DNA from: Candidatus Calditenuaceae archaeon | GTDB lineage: Archaea; Thermoproteota; Nitrososphaeria_A; Caldarchaeales; Calditenuaceae | Assembly (NCBI GenBank): GCA_025058055.1 | Contig: JANXEU010000007.1 | Location: forward strand, 379-64,378 | Direction: 5' to 3' | Length of the DNA stretch: 64,000 nucleotides | In this document: in pieces, positions 28,443-35,927 of the stretch | Layout of the letters: each line of letters begins with the position of its first letter | Position numbering within the stretch: the first letter of the stretch is position 1 | Notes under the pieces: generated by a model | The model's database searches: none | Seen by the model: only the letters and a program-made list of their open reading frames with translations | Told to the model about the DNA's origin: nothing | Program-made: the position numbers and the translations under genes

Positions 28443-29336
28443 ATGACGCTGAACAACGTGAAAATCAACGACGTGCACGTTCACGTGAACCCTTTCTCTA
28501 TGCTCCATAAACCGGCCCTCGAGTTCTTTGCCATGAATCAGGACTTTCGGCAGAACTGGAACCGAATAGAGAGGGACCCCTCATACGTGGTAAAAAGAAT
28601 GGACGAGGAGGGCGTTCAGAGAATCGTTCTCATTAACTACGTGGCTAAGGAGGTTATGGGGTACGACCTCTCGGTTAACGAATACGTCTTTCGATATTGT
28701 AGGGGTTACAGAGATAGATTGATCCCCTTCGGGGGAGTAGAAATTGGGTTAGACCATACCGAGTTCGCTCGGAGGATCGAGGAGGATTACTCGAAGTTCG
28801 AACTCGCAGGGTTAAAGCTACACCCTGTACATCAGCTTGTCTATGCGAACCAATACTTGCCGGAATACGGAGAAGCGCGCGTACGCAACTTAGAGACCCT
28901 CTATCAGTTCTGCAGCGACCACTCTGTCCCCCTCACCGTCCACACAGGATCCTCCATGTTCCCCGGTGCGCGGATCAAGTACGGAGACCCTCTCTACCTC
29001 GATGACGTGCTTGTCGACTTCCCAGAGCTCACCCTGATTATGGCGCATGGCGGTCGGCCCATCTGGATGGAGAAGGCGTTCTTTCTCATGCGCAGGCACA
29101 GGAACCTCTACTTAGACATCTCAGGCATTCCTCCGAACCGGCTCCTCGAGTACTTTCCTAGGATCACGGAGATCGCCGATCGGGTGATCTTCGGAAGCGA
29201 TTGGCCCAGCCCAGGCGTCAAGGGTATGAGAGCCAACGCTCTCGAGATACTGAAGCTACCTATCCCTGAGGACGTGAAGGAGAGGATACTGGGGCTGAAC
29301 TTCGAGCACCTCTTCAGGTCGCTTCGCGTAATATGA
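28443..29336 (+). CDS. Amidohydrolase-2 family hydrolase/hydratase (LigJ/LigI/ACMSD-like)
   Basis: MTLNNVKINDVHVHV..., ...HTGSS..., MAHGGRP..., GSDWP reproduce the PF04909 metal-ligand pattern. The ORF track's start 28401 lies inside the upstream gene region; ATG 28443 is preferred. Confidence 0.7.
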   Translation: MTLNNVKINDVHVHVNPFSMLHKPALEFFAMNQDFRQNWNRIERDPSYVVKRMDEEGVQRIVLINYVAKEVMGYDLSVNEYVFRYCRGYRDRLIPFGGVEIGLDHTEFARRIEEDYSKFELAGLKLHPVHQLVYANQYLPEYGEARVRNLETLYQFCSDHSVPLTVHTGSSMFPGARIKYGDPLYLDDVLVDFPELTLIMAHGGRPIWMEKAFFLMRRHRNLYLDISGIPPNRLLEYFPRITEIADRVIFGSDWPSPGVKGMRANALEILKLPIPEDVKERILGLNFEHLFRSLRVI

Positions 29337-29391
29337 CTATCAAAAGGTCTTTGCACCTTATATCTACCCGACAACCAGGTAGATCGGCGAC

Positions 29392-30159
29392 ATGCGGTGC
29401 GGTGTCTGCGACAAGGAAGAGGTACTGCCTTTCAGATGCGCTTACTGCGGACTGTATCACTGTGCTGAGCACAGGCTCCCCGAAGCTCACGACTGCAAAT
29501 ACCTCCACCTAGCCAAATCACCTGTCGAGATCGAGAAGGTCGAATCGACGATTCGCGAGAGGAGACCTATACGGGTGGGCATCAGGCTCAGCAGATCCGA
29601 GCTGATTAACTTAGTAATCGGCTCAGCACTCGTGAGCGCCGTCGGGTTCACGCTTCTCAGATTCGGAAGAATAGACACGGCGCACTTGGCGCTCGCAATC
29701 GGCGCGTTCACGGCCTCCTTTCTCGTTCACGAGCTAGCACACAAGTTCGAAGCTACAAGGCAAGGATACACCGCAGCCTTTAAGCTCTCGACCATAGGAG
29801 TCCTCCTCACACTCATATCGGTATTCTCTCCCTTGAAAGTCATCGCGCCTGGCGCGGTCAACGTTCACGGCCTCCCGACCTCAAAGGCACTCGCTCGAAT
29901 CGCAGCAGTTGGTCCATTAACCAACATCGTGATAGCGTTGGTGTGCTACATTGTCTCACTCGTCACACTGACGATCTCTCCAGCTTCTCAATTGGGCAGG
30001 GTCTCCTTCGTTGTTGGTTCTCTTAACTCCTTCCTGGCCCTTTTCAACATGCTTCCGTTCGGTCCTCTAGACGGGATGAAGGTGCTGAATTACAGCAAGA
30101 AGGCTTGGCTCGCGCTGTTCATACCGGCCGCACTCCTCACCCTCTACGGTTACCTTTGA
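29392..30159 (+). CDS. AN1-type zinc finger fused to site-2-protease/M50-like intramembrane metalloprotease
   Basis: The N-terminal CGVCDKEEVLPFRCAYCGLYHCAEHRLPEAHDC is an AN1 C6H2 pattern. Multiple TM helices carry HELAHKF (HExxH) and NMLPFGPLDG (the S2P LDG motif). Confidence 0.7.
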   Translation: MRCGVCDKEEVLPFRCAYCGLYHCAEHRLPEAHDCKYLHLAKSPVEIEKVESTIRERRPIRVGIRLSRSELINLVIGSALVSAVGFTLLRFGRIDTAHLALAIGAFTASFLVHELAHKFEATRQGYTAAFKLSTIGVLLTLISVFSPLKVIAPGAVNVHGLPTSKALARIAAVGPLTNIVIALVCYIVSLVTLTISPASQLGRVSFVVGSLNSFLALFNMLPFGPLDGMKVLNYSKKAWLALFIPAALLTLYGYL

Positions 30160-30177
30160 CCCCTCGCAAGACGTGAG

Positions 30178-30696
30178 ATGACCAACAGAGATATAGAGGC
30201 GTCCTTGGATAGATGCGGTTTGGAAGAGGGAGCGGAGAAGGAGGCCGCGATACTTCAGCAGATCAGGAGGGTCAGGAGCAAGTTCGGGAGAAGACATCAA
30301 CCCGACATCGAGGATTATCTCGAGGTGATATACGCCCTAGATCGGGTCAAAGGCTACACCACATCATCTGACGTCGCTCTTCACCTCAACGTCAAGCTTC
30401 CTGCGGTCACGAAGATGCTCAAGAGACTTCACGAGCTGGGATACATCAAGTACGAGCGTTACAGAGGTTTCGTCCTCACGGCGAGCGGCCGCGAGCTGGC
30501 CTCCGAGGTGCTGCGAAGACACGGCGTCTTAGTAGATTTCCTGAGAGTTTTGGGAGTCACAGAAGAGGTTGCGGAGGCGGAAGCCGAGTACCTCGAACAC
30601 GGCCTGAGCAGTGACACTCTGAAGAGACTCATCGGCGTTATAGAACTCTTCAGAAGGAAGCCCGAATTACTTCAGGAGCTTTCAAAATCTCATTAG
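30178..30696 (+). CDS. DtxR/MntR-family metal-dependent transcriptional regulator
   Basis: HTH (SSDVALHLNVKLPAVTKMLKRLHELGYI) plus a dimerisation helix region (RRHGVLVDFLRVLGV). Confidence 0.7.
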   Translation: MTNRDIEASLDRCGLEEGAEKEAAILQQIRRVRSKFGRRHQPDIEDYLEVIYALDRVKGYTTSSDVALHLNVKLPAVTKMLKRLHELGYIKYERYRGFVLTASGRELASEVLRRHGVLVDFLRVLGVTEEVAEAEAEYLEHGLSSDTLKRLIGVIELFRRKPELLQELSKSH

Positions 30697-30734
30697 TTGA
30701 CCTCAGGTTTGCGGTATTCAGAACGTCGTGAGCT

Positions 30735-31667
30735 CTACACGATCTCCACAGAGCCGTAGGCTGTTACGAACTTGTCGAGGTGCTGGATCCTCTTAGCTGG
30801 ATGTGGGTGCGTGCTGAAAAGGTCTGCTAGCGGGCTAGGCTTAGTTCTGCGCAACCTGTCAATGACCCCTTCTATGTTCACGTCGGGATCTACAAAAGTC
30901 TCAGGATCCGAGATGAAGAACATCTTGAGAGATTCTGTTCTAACTCGCTCCTCTGGTCTAACCCTGCCCGTAAGTGCCATGATTCTAACAAGCGCTCTCT
31001 GCAGCTTCCTCGCACCACCTGGCACGACTACCGCTGCGTGCGAGTCCGCGTAATACTCTCTCAACCTACTCATCAAGAAGACGAAGATGTTGAAGACGAA
31101 GCTTAGGACCATCAGCGCCAACCCCACGAGCAACGCGTATCCCCCGCCGTTGCGTCGACCTCCGCCAAACGCGCCCGACATGTAGAGCGAGTAGCCTATG
31201 TAGTAAATGATCGCGGGAAGGAGACTGATCATTAACATCACCATAACATCCCTGTGCTTAAGGTGCCCCACTTCGTGGGCTAGGACAGATTCAAGCTCGT
31301 CGCGCGGCATTCGCCTCAAGATGCCCCTAGTGACCGCGACCATCGGTCCCGTGACTGGGCTTCCGTAAGCGAAAGCGTTTGGAAGGTCTATCTCAGCGAT
31401 CATGACCTTGGGCTCTCGAGAGAGGCCGCTTCTCTGCGCGAGGTTCCTGACCGACTCGTATAACCACCCCTCGGACACGTTATCGGCGGGCCTCGCGTGA
31501 TATACCGCGTTTATGATGTACGGTCCAAAGAGCCACTGAATCAAGTTAAGGGCTAGCACGAAACCGATCACGCCGTAGAAGTAAAACGCCGGCAACCCGA
31601 GATAGAGGATAATACCTGTGAGCACGAGCGCTGCCGCTCCGAAGACCGCGAACCACACACCGACCAT
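30735..31667 (-). CDS. htpX: HtpX-like M48 zinc metalloprotease
   Basis: HEVGHLKHRD zincin motif, TM helices and a C-terminal THPHPAKRI. The ORF track starts at TTG 31712; ATG 31667 (MVGVWFAVFG) is more likely. Confidence 0.75.
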   Translation of the reverse strand: MVGVWFAVFGAAALVLTGIILYLGLPAFYFYGVIGFVLALNLIQWLFGPYIINAVYHARPADNVSEGWLYESVRNLAQRSGLSREPKVMIAEIDLPNAFAYGSPVTGPMVAVTRGILRRMPRDELESVLAHEVGHLKHRDVMVMLMISLLPAIIYYIGYSLYMSGAFGGGRRNGGGYALLVGLALMVLSFVFNIFVFLMSRLREYYADSHAAVVVPGGARKLQRALVRIMALTGRVRPEERVRTESLKMFFISDPETFVDPDVNIEGVIDRLRRTKPSPLADLFSTHPHPAKRIQHLDKFVTAYGSVEIV

Positions 31668-31800
31668 CGTCAGCCTAAGCTTCAGTAACGAGACTCCTAC
31701 TGCCGCTGTCAATTCTTACATCACCTCTAACTAGCGTTGACGGTTTCGATATTTATCCATTGAAGGATAACAATGAGATGTAAATGACTTGATGTAAAAG

Positions 31801-31872
31801 TGGGGCCGGCCGGACTCGAACCGGCGACCTCCACCGCGTCAGGGTGGCGTCATGCCTCTAGACCACGGCCCC
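31801..31872 (-). tRNA. tRNA-Val (anticodon GAC), no intron, CCA not encoded
   Basis: The reverse complement reads GGGGCCGUGGUCUAGAGGCAUGACGCCACCCUGACGCGGUGGAGGUCGCCGGUUCGAGUCCGGCCGGCCCCA. It has a 7-bp acceptor stem, a GGUUCGAGUCC T-arm, anticodon loop CUGACGC (U33, G34-A35-C36, G37) and discriminator A. Coordinates are +/-2 nt. Confidence 0.85.
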
Positions 31873-31895
31873 CAAACGCTGGCTATCGTACCACG

Positions 31896-31902
31896 TTATA
31901 AA
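31896..31902 (-). promoter_or_regulatory. TATA box (TTTATAA on - strand) about 25-30 nt upstream of tRNA-Val 5' end
   Basis: The reverse complement of 31873-31910 reads ggtttcgTTTATAAcgtggtacgatagccagcgttt followed by the tRNA G1. Confidence 0.5.
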
Positions 31903-32279
31903 CGAAACCACATTAGGTCGTTGCAAGAGCAAGTGGTTGGGGATGAGGCCAGTCGCTCCAGACTGACCTGTGAGGAGGGAAGAGCCGAGCCGACCCGCTA
32001 ATCAGCGTCAACTTCCTGCTAACATCGATTTCAGAATATCACGAATACACAGACGAAGCTCACAAACGAAGTTATCGAACTCGTTACTTCGATGTGTGAG
32101 TTTTCTCCTACAGGGCGTAAGTGCTGAGATCTCTCTTCCCGCGTGGCGAATAAAGAACCCTACCTAGCGTGACGTGTCGCACAATGAAACCGAATCGAAA
32201 TAACTGCGCTCAAACGCTCACCTGAACTCAGGAGGATAGCTGAAAAGAAGTCGGTTTTTGGCGGAGGGAGAGTTGGAGC

Positions 32280-33914
32280 TCAATCGAAGCTGGGGGTCTT
32301 TCCCTCTTCCTCGCCAGGCTTACCCTTTTCCTCCTTCTTCTTCGATGATGCGATGACGTCATCAATTCTGAGAATCATGGCAGTGGCCTCGAAGCTGGAC
32401 TTTAGCGCTTGGACTTTGACCCTGATGGGTTCAATGACTCCGTTCGCGAACATGTCCTCCACCTTACCTGTGAAGACGTTGATGCCGTAGGTTATTCCGT
32501 TCTCAGCGTGCCTGTTCCGCAACGCGGTCATTATGTCGATGGGGTCGAGCCCTGAGTTCTCGGAGAGGGTTTTGGGAATGGCCTCTAAGGCCTCTGCGTA
32601 GGCCAGCATGGCGAGCTGTTCCTTCCCCGGATATTTGGCAGCCTCCTCTCTCACCGCCCTTGCGAGCTCAACCTCCACTGCACCACCACCTGGAACGAAC
32701 CTGTTGTCCTCGACGATGTTGATGACATTCATGATCGCGTCGTTGAGCGCGCGCTCTGCTTCATCTAGCTGCCTCTCAAGGCCTGCTCTGATTAGTACAG
32801 CGACCGCCTTGGGATCCTTACATCCCTCGACGAAGACCATCCTGTCCTCACCGATCTTCCTCTCCTCGACCAAGCCGGCGCATCCGAGGTCCTTAGGCTG
32901 GAGGTCCTCGAAGTTGGTGATTATCCTTCCTCCTGTCGCCTTCTCGAGCTTCTCCATATCGCTCCGCTTAACTCTCCTGACCGCTAGTATTCCCTTCTTG
33001 GCTAAGAAGAACTGCGCGGCATCGTCTATCCCTTTCTGACAGAAGACGACGTTGGCACCGACACTCGCGACCTTGTTGACCATCTCCTCGAGTATTCTGT
33101 GCTCCTCATCGAGGAACTGCTTCATCAGTTCTGGGCTCCTTATCCTTATCTCAGCGCTGAACTCTGTCTTTTCGATCTCGAACGGAGCATCGATCAACGC
33201 GACGCTCGCGTTCCTGACGACCTTCGGCATGGCAGGATGAACGACCTCCTTGTCGACGATGATTCCCTTTACGACGTCCGACTCAAGGAGGCTCTTGCCC
33301 ATCTTCTTTATGATCTGGATGTCTTCCTTGTCGGCCTTCAGCTTTCCGTTTACCTCCTTGACAACGCTGAGCACCGACTCAATTGCAAGGTCTGCGATGT
33401 GGTCGGTCGCGAACCCTAGGGACTTGCTCCCTAGCGATGTCTTCACGATCTTCTTCAGGGTTGACCGGTCCTGAAGGCTGACGTTTTTCGCAATTTCATC
33501 TAGCCTCTTCAGGGCCGTGACCATCGCCCTCCTGTACCCAGTTATTACGGTGCTCGGATGAACCTTCTGATCAATCAGCTCCTCCGCTTTCTTGAGCAGC
33601 TCACCGGCGAGCACCACCGCGGTCGTGGTCCCGTCTCCCACCATCTTGTCTTGAGTCTTCGCGACCTCGATGATCATCTTGGCCGCCGGATGCTCAACGT
33701 CCATCTTCTCGAGGATGGTGGCACCATCGTTGGTAACCACAACGTCCCCTATCGAGTCGACCAGTATCTTGTCCATGCCCTTGGGGCCGAGGGTTGTCTT
33801 CACGATCTCCGCGATGATCTTCGCTGCGGCTATGTTGTTTCGCTGAGCAGCTCTTCCTCTGGTCCTAGAAGTCCCTTCCTTCAGTATGATTACGGGCTGG
33901 CTAGACAATGCCAT
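32280..33914 (-). CDS. ths: Thermosome subunit (group II chaperonin)
   Basis: 544 aa. [12 protein letters not shown], the ATP-binding [27 protein letters not shown] and a C-terminal Gly/Glu/Lys-rich tail are present. Confidence 0.95.
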   Translation of the reverse strand: MALSSQPVIILKEGTSRTRGRAAQRNNIAAAKIIAEIVKTTLGPKGMDKILVDSIGDVVVTNDGATILEKMDVEHPAAKMIIEVAKTQDKMVGDGTTTAVVLAGELLKKAEELIDQKVHPSTVITGYRRAMVTALKRLDEIAKNVSLQDRSTLKKIVKTSLGSKSLGFATDHIADLAIESVLSVVKEVNGKLKADKEDIQIIKKMGKSLLESDVVKGIIVDKEVVHPAMPKVVRNASVALIDAPFEIEKTEFSAEIRIRSPELMKQFLDEEHRILEEMVNKVASVGANVVFCQKGIDDAAQFFLAKKGILAVRRVKRSDMEKLEKATGGRIITNFEDLQPKDLGCAGLVEERKIGEDRMVFVEGCKDPKAVAVLIRAGLERQLDEAERALNDAIMNVINIVEDNRFVPGGGAVEVELARAVREEAAKYPGKEQLAMLAYAEALEAIPKTLSENSGLDPIDIMTALRNRHAENGITYGINVFTGKVEDMFANGVIEPIRVKVQALKSSFEATAMILRIDDVIASSKKKEEKGKPGEEEGKTPSFD

Positions 33915-33946
33915 CTCAGATCACCTCTCTGACCCATTCAGTGCCT

Positions 33947-33955
33947 TAATTTAAC
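33947..33955 (-). promoter_or_regulatory. TATA box (TTAAATTAA on - strand) for thermosome gene
   Basis: It lies about 35 nt upstream of ATG 33914 and is preceded by G-rich BRE-like ggggttaaattaagg. Confidence 0.5.
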
Positions 33956-34148
33956 CCCTTTTCCAACGTCCTTGAACAACGTATTTGAAAAGCCCACAAA
34001 ATTGTAAAGTTATACGCCAAGAATTGAGGAGGAGATTCTCGTGACCGCGTTACTCTCGTCCCCACTTCGGATTAACCTGAGACGCGCCCGATCTCACACT
34101 CCGTCGACGTGTAACGTATTTTAGTGTGTTGCACGCTCGTAAAATGGA

Positions 34149-34544
34149 TTGGTCAGGGAGTTCGCTTACAAAGGGTACACGGTCGAGCAGCTCCAGAAAA
34201 TGAGCATGGACGAGTTCATCAAGTTGCTTCCTAGCAGACGGAGGAGGACACTCAAAAGAGGGATGACCGACGCGCAGAGAAAGCTCCTAGAGAGGGTCAG
34301 GAAGTACAAGAGGCTAGGCGTGAGCAAACCTATTCGGACTCATGCTCGAGAAATGGTAATACTTCCTGAGATGGTCGGCTTGACTGTAGCCGTTCACAAC
34401 GGCAAGGAGTTCGTACCGGTCGAGATCGTCCCCGAGATGATAGGCCACAGGTTGGGTGAGTTCGCGATAACCAACAAGCGCGTCGTCCACGGAAGACCGG
34501 GCGTCGGTGCGACGAAGAGCTCCATGTACGTCCCGTTGAAGTAG
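34149..34544 (+). CDS. rps19p: 30S ribosomal protein uS19 (S19P; eukaryotic S15 family)
   Basis: [36 protein letters not shown] and the diagnostic [16 protein letters not shown] motif. The start is TTG; an in-frame TAA lies 9 nt upstream and there is no in-frame ATG. Confidence 0.85.
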   Translation: MVREFAYKGYTVEQLQKMSMDEFIKLLPSRRRRTLKRGMTDAQRKLLERVRKYKRLGVSKPIRTHAREMVILPEMVGLTVAVHNGKEFVPVEIVPEMIGHRLGEFAITNKRVVHGRPGVGATKSSMYVPLK

Positions 34545-34619
34545 GACTGTGAGCCAACCCCGACCGGAAATCGAACAGGCTTTTGACTTCTTGCGGTCTC
34601 AGTTTCAGAGGCGCTGGAG

Positions 34620-35927
34620 CTAAAGGTGAAACTCACCGGCCCTAACACCCGCTGAGGCCCTCTCCGTCGATGTAATGGAGAAGGCCTCCCTGATCATTCG
34701 CTCATGGGCCGGCGTGAGGACTTTCCCCCTCCTCGACATCATCCTCCTCGCGGTCTCGATGGCCGACTCCAACCTCAACCCGATGAGTTCCGCCCCCAAC
34801 TGCCTCGCGTAGATAGTGAAGGGTGGGACGTCGTCAGTCACGCAACCGTATAGATGGCTGAAGGCACCTATCCTCCTTCCCGAGAACACGGTCGTCCCTA
34901 TCGAGGCCTTCACGTGATCACCGAGCACCGGTCCCAAGAAGACGCGCCCTGTGTCGATGGTTCCCGACTTAGTCTTCACGCGCACAACTCCGTAGGTGTT
35001 CTTGAGGTTGGAGAAGGTAGTCCCTGCGCCGAGGTTGACCCATTCTCCCACGTAAGTGTCGCCGACGTATCCGTGGTGCCTCTTGTTCGAGAAACTGAGG
35101 AAGATCGAACGCTCAACCTCGCCACCGATCCTGCACGACTCACCGATAAAGGAGTTGCGCACGAATGAGTTCGGGAAGACGATTGACGACTTCCCTATGA
35201 CGCACGGCCCCTCGATCCTTGAGCCGGACATCAGGATCGTACCTTCCTCAAGGACTACAGGCCCTCTCCTGACGTCGAGTGTCACATTAGGCTCCACGAC
35301 GGCCCCTTTGCCGACTAAGACTCTGCGCCGATCTCCCAACACCGATACACCCTCATGGACTTCTCCCTCCCACTCCCTTGCCTCAACGGACGAGAGATCT
35401 GACTCGAGTAGTTCAAGGCTGATGCTCACGAGGTCCCAGAATCCGGTAACGCTTCTGATGTCGGGCACCTCTTTGAGCTCCTCCACACGCCTCAAGAGCC
35501 CGGTCGCGTCTATGGGATAGTGTGACGAACCTCTGAACGACTCCACCAGGTCCTCCCGCGTCAGAAGGGCCCCAACCAACTGCCCACCAGACACTACAGC
35601 GCACCTCCTTCTCCGGAGGTCTCTAAGGGCACGGAGAACCTCACCGACTGGCGGAAAGCAAGCGTTTACGATGAGCACGTCATCGGACTTTATCGCATCG
35701 GGTTCGTTGATCCTACAGTCTGGTAGCCTCTCGCGAAGCGCCTCAGTTAGGTATATCCTGGTGAAGACTACAACCGGATCCTTCCCTCCCAACTCCGTCC
35801 TCCGATATCTGTCCAGAATCGACATGCTTCCAAGCACGAGCTCACAGAGGGCCCTCGTCAACGTCAGCGGCTCGAAGGGCTCAACGTCCGGTTCGATAAC
35901 TCCCAGCTGGCTGGTTAGAGCGGTCAT
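34620..35927 (-). CDS. Left-handed beta-helix (hexapeptide-repeat) protein with degenerate nucleotidyltransferase-like N-terminal region
   Basis: The C-terminal half is rich in hexapeptide repeats (VIGKSSIVFPNSFVRNSFIGESCRIGGEVERSIF...). Its ATG abuts the upstream ACS stop codon. Confidence 0.55.
   Translation of the reverse strand: MTALTSQLGVIEPDVEPFEPLTLTRALCELVLGSMSILDRYRRTELGGKDPVVVFTRIYLTEALRERLPDCRINEPDAIKSDDVLIVNACFPPVGEVLRALRDLRRRRCAVVSGGQLVGALLTREDLVESFRGSSHYPIDATGLLRRVEELKEVPDIRSVTGFWDLVSISLELLESDLSSVEAREWEGEVHEGVSVLGDRRRVLVGKGAVVEPNVTLDVRRGPVVLEEGTILMSGSRIEGPCVIGKSSIVFPNSFVRNSFIGESCRIGGEVERSIFLSFSNKRHHGYVGDTYVGEWVNLGAGTTFSNLKNTYGVVRVKTKSGTIDTGRVFLGPVLGDHVKASIGTTVFSGRRIGAFSHLYGCVTDDVPPFTIYARQLGAELIGLRLESAIETARRMMSRRGKVLTPAHERMIREAFSITSTERASAGVRAGEFHL

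Noticed and set aside
28123-28446. 107-aa ORF between the two amidohydrolase genes
   Set aside because: It is Arg/Ser-rich with no domain. It overlaps the over-extended start of the downstream amidohydrolase, and the preferred ATG 28443 for that gene makes it unnecessary.
33052-33932. Plus-strand ORFs of 62-124 aa inside the thermosome gene
   Set aside because: They are antisense to one of the most confidently identified genes in the window.
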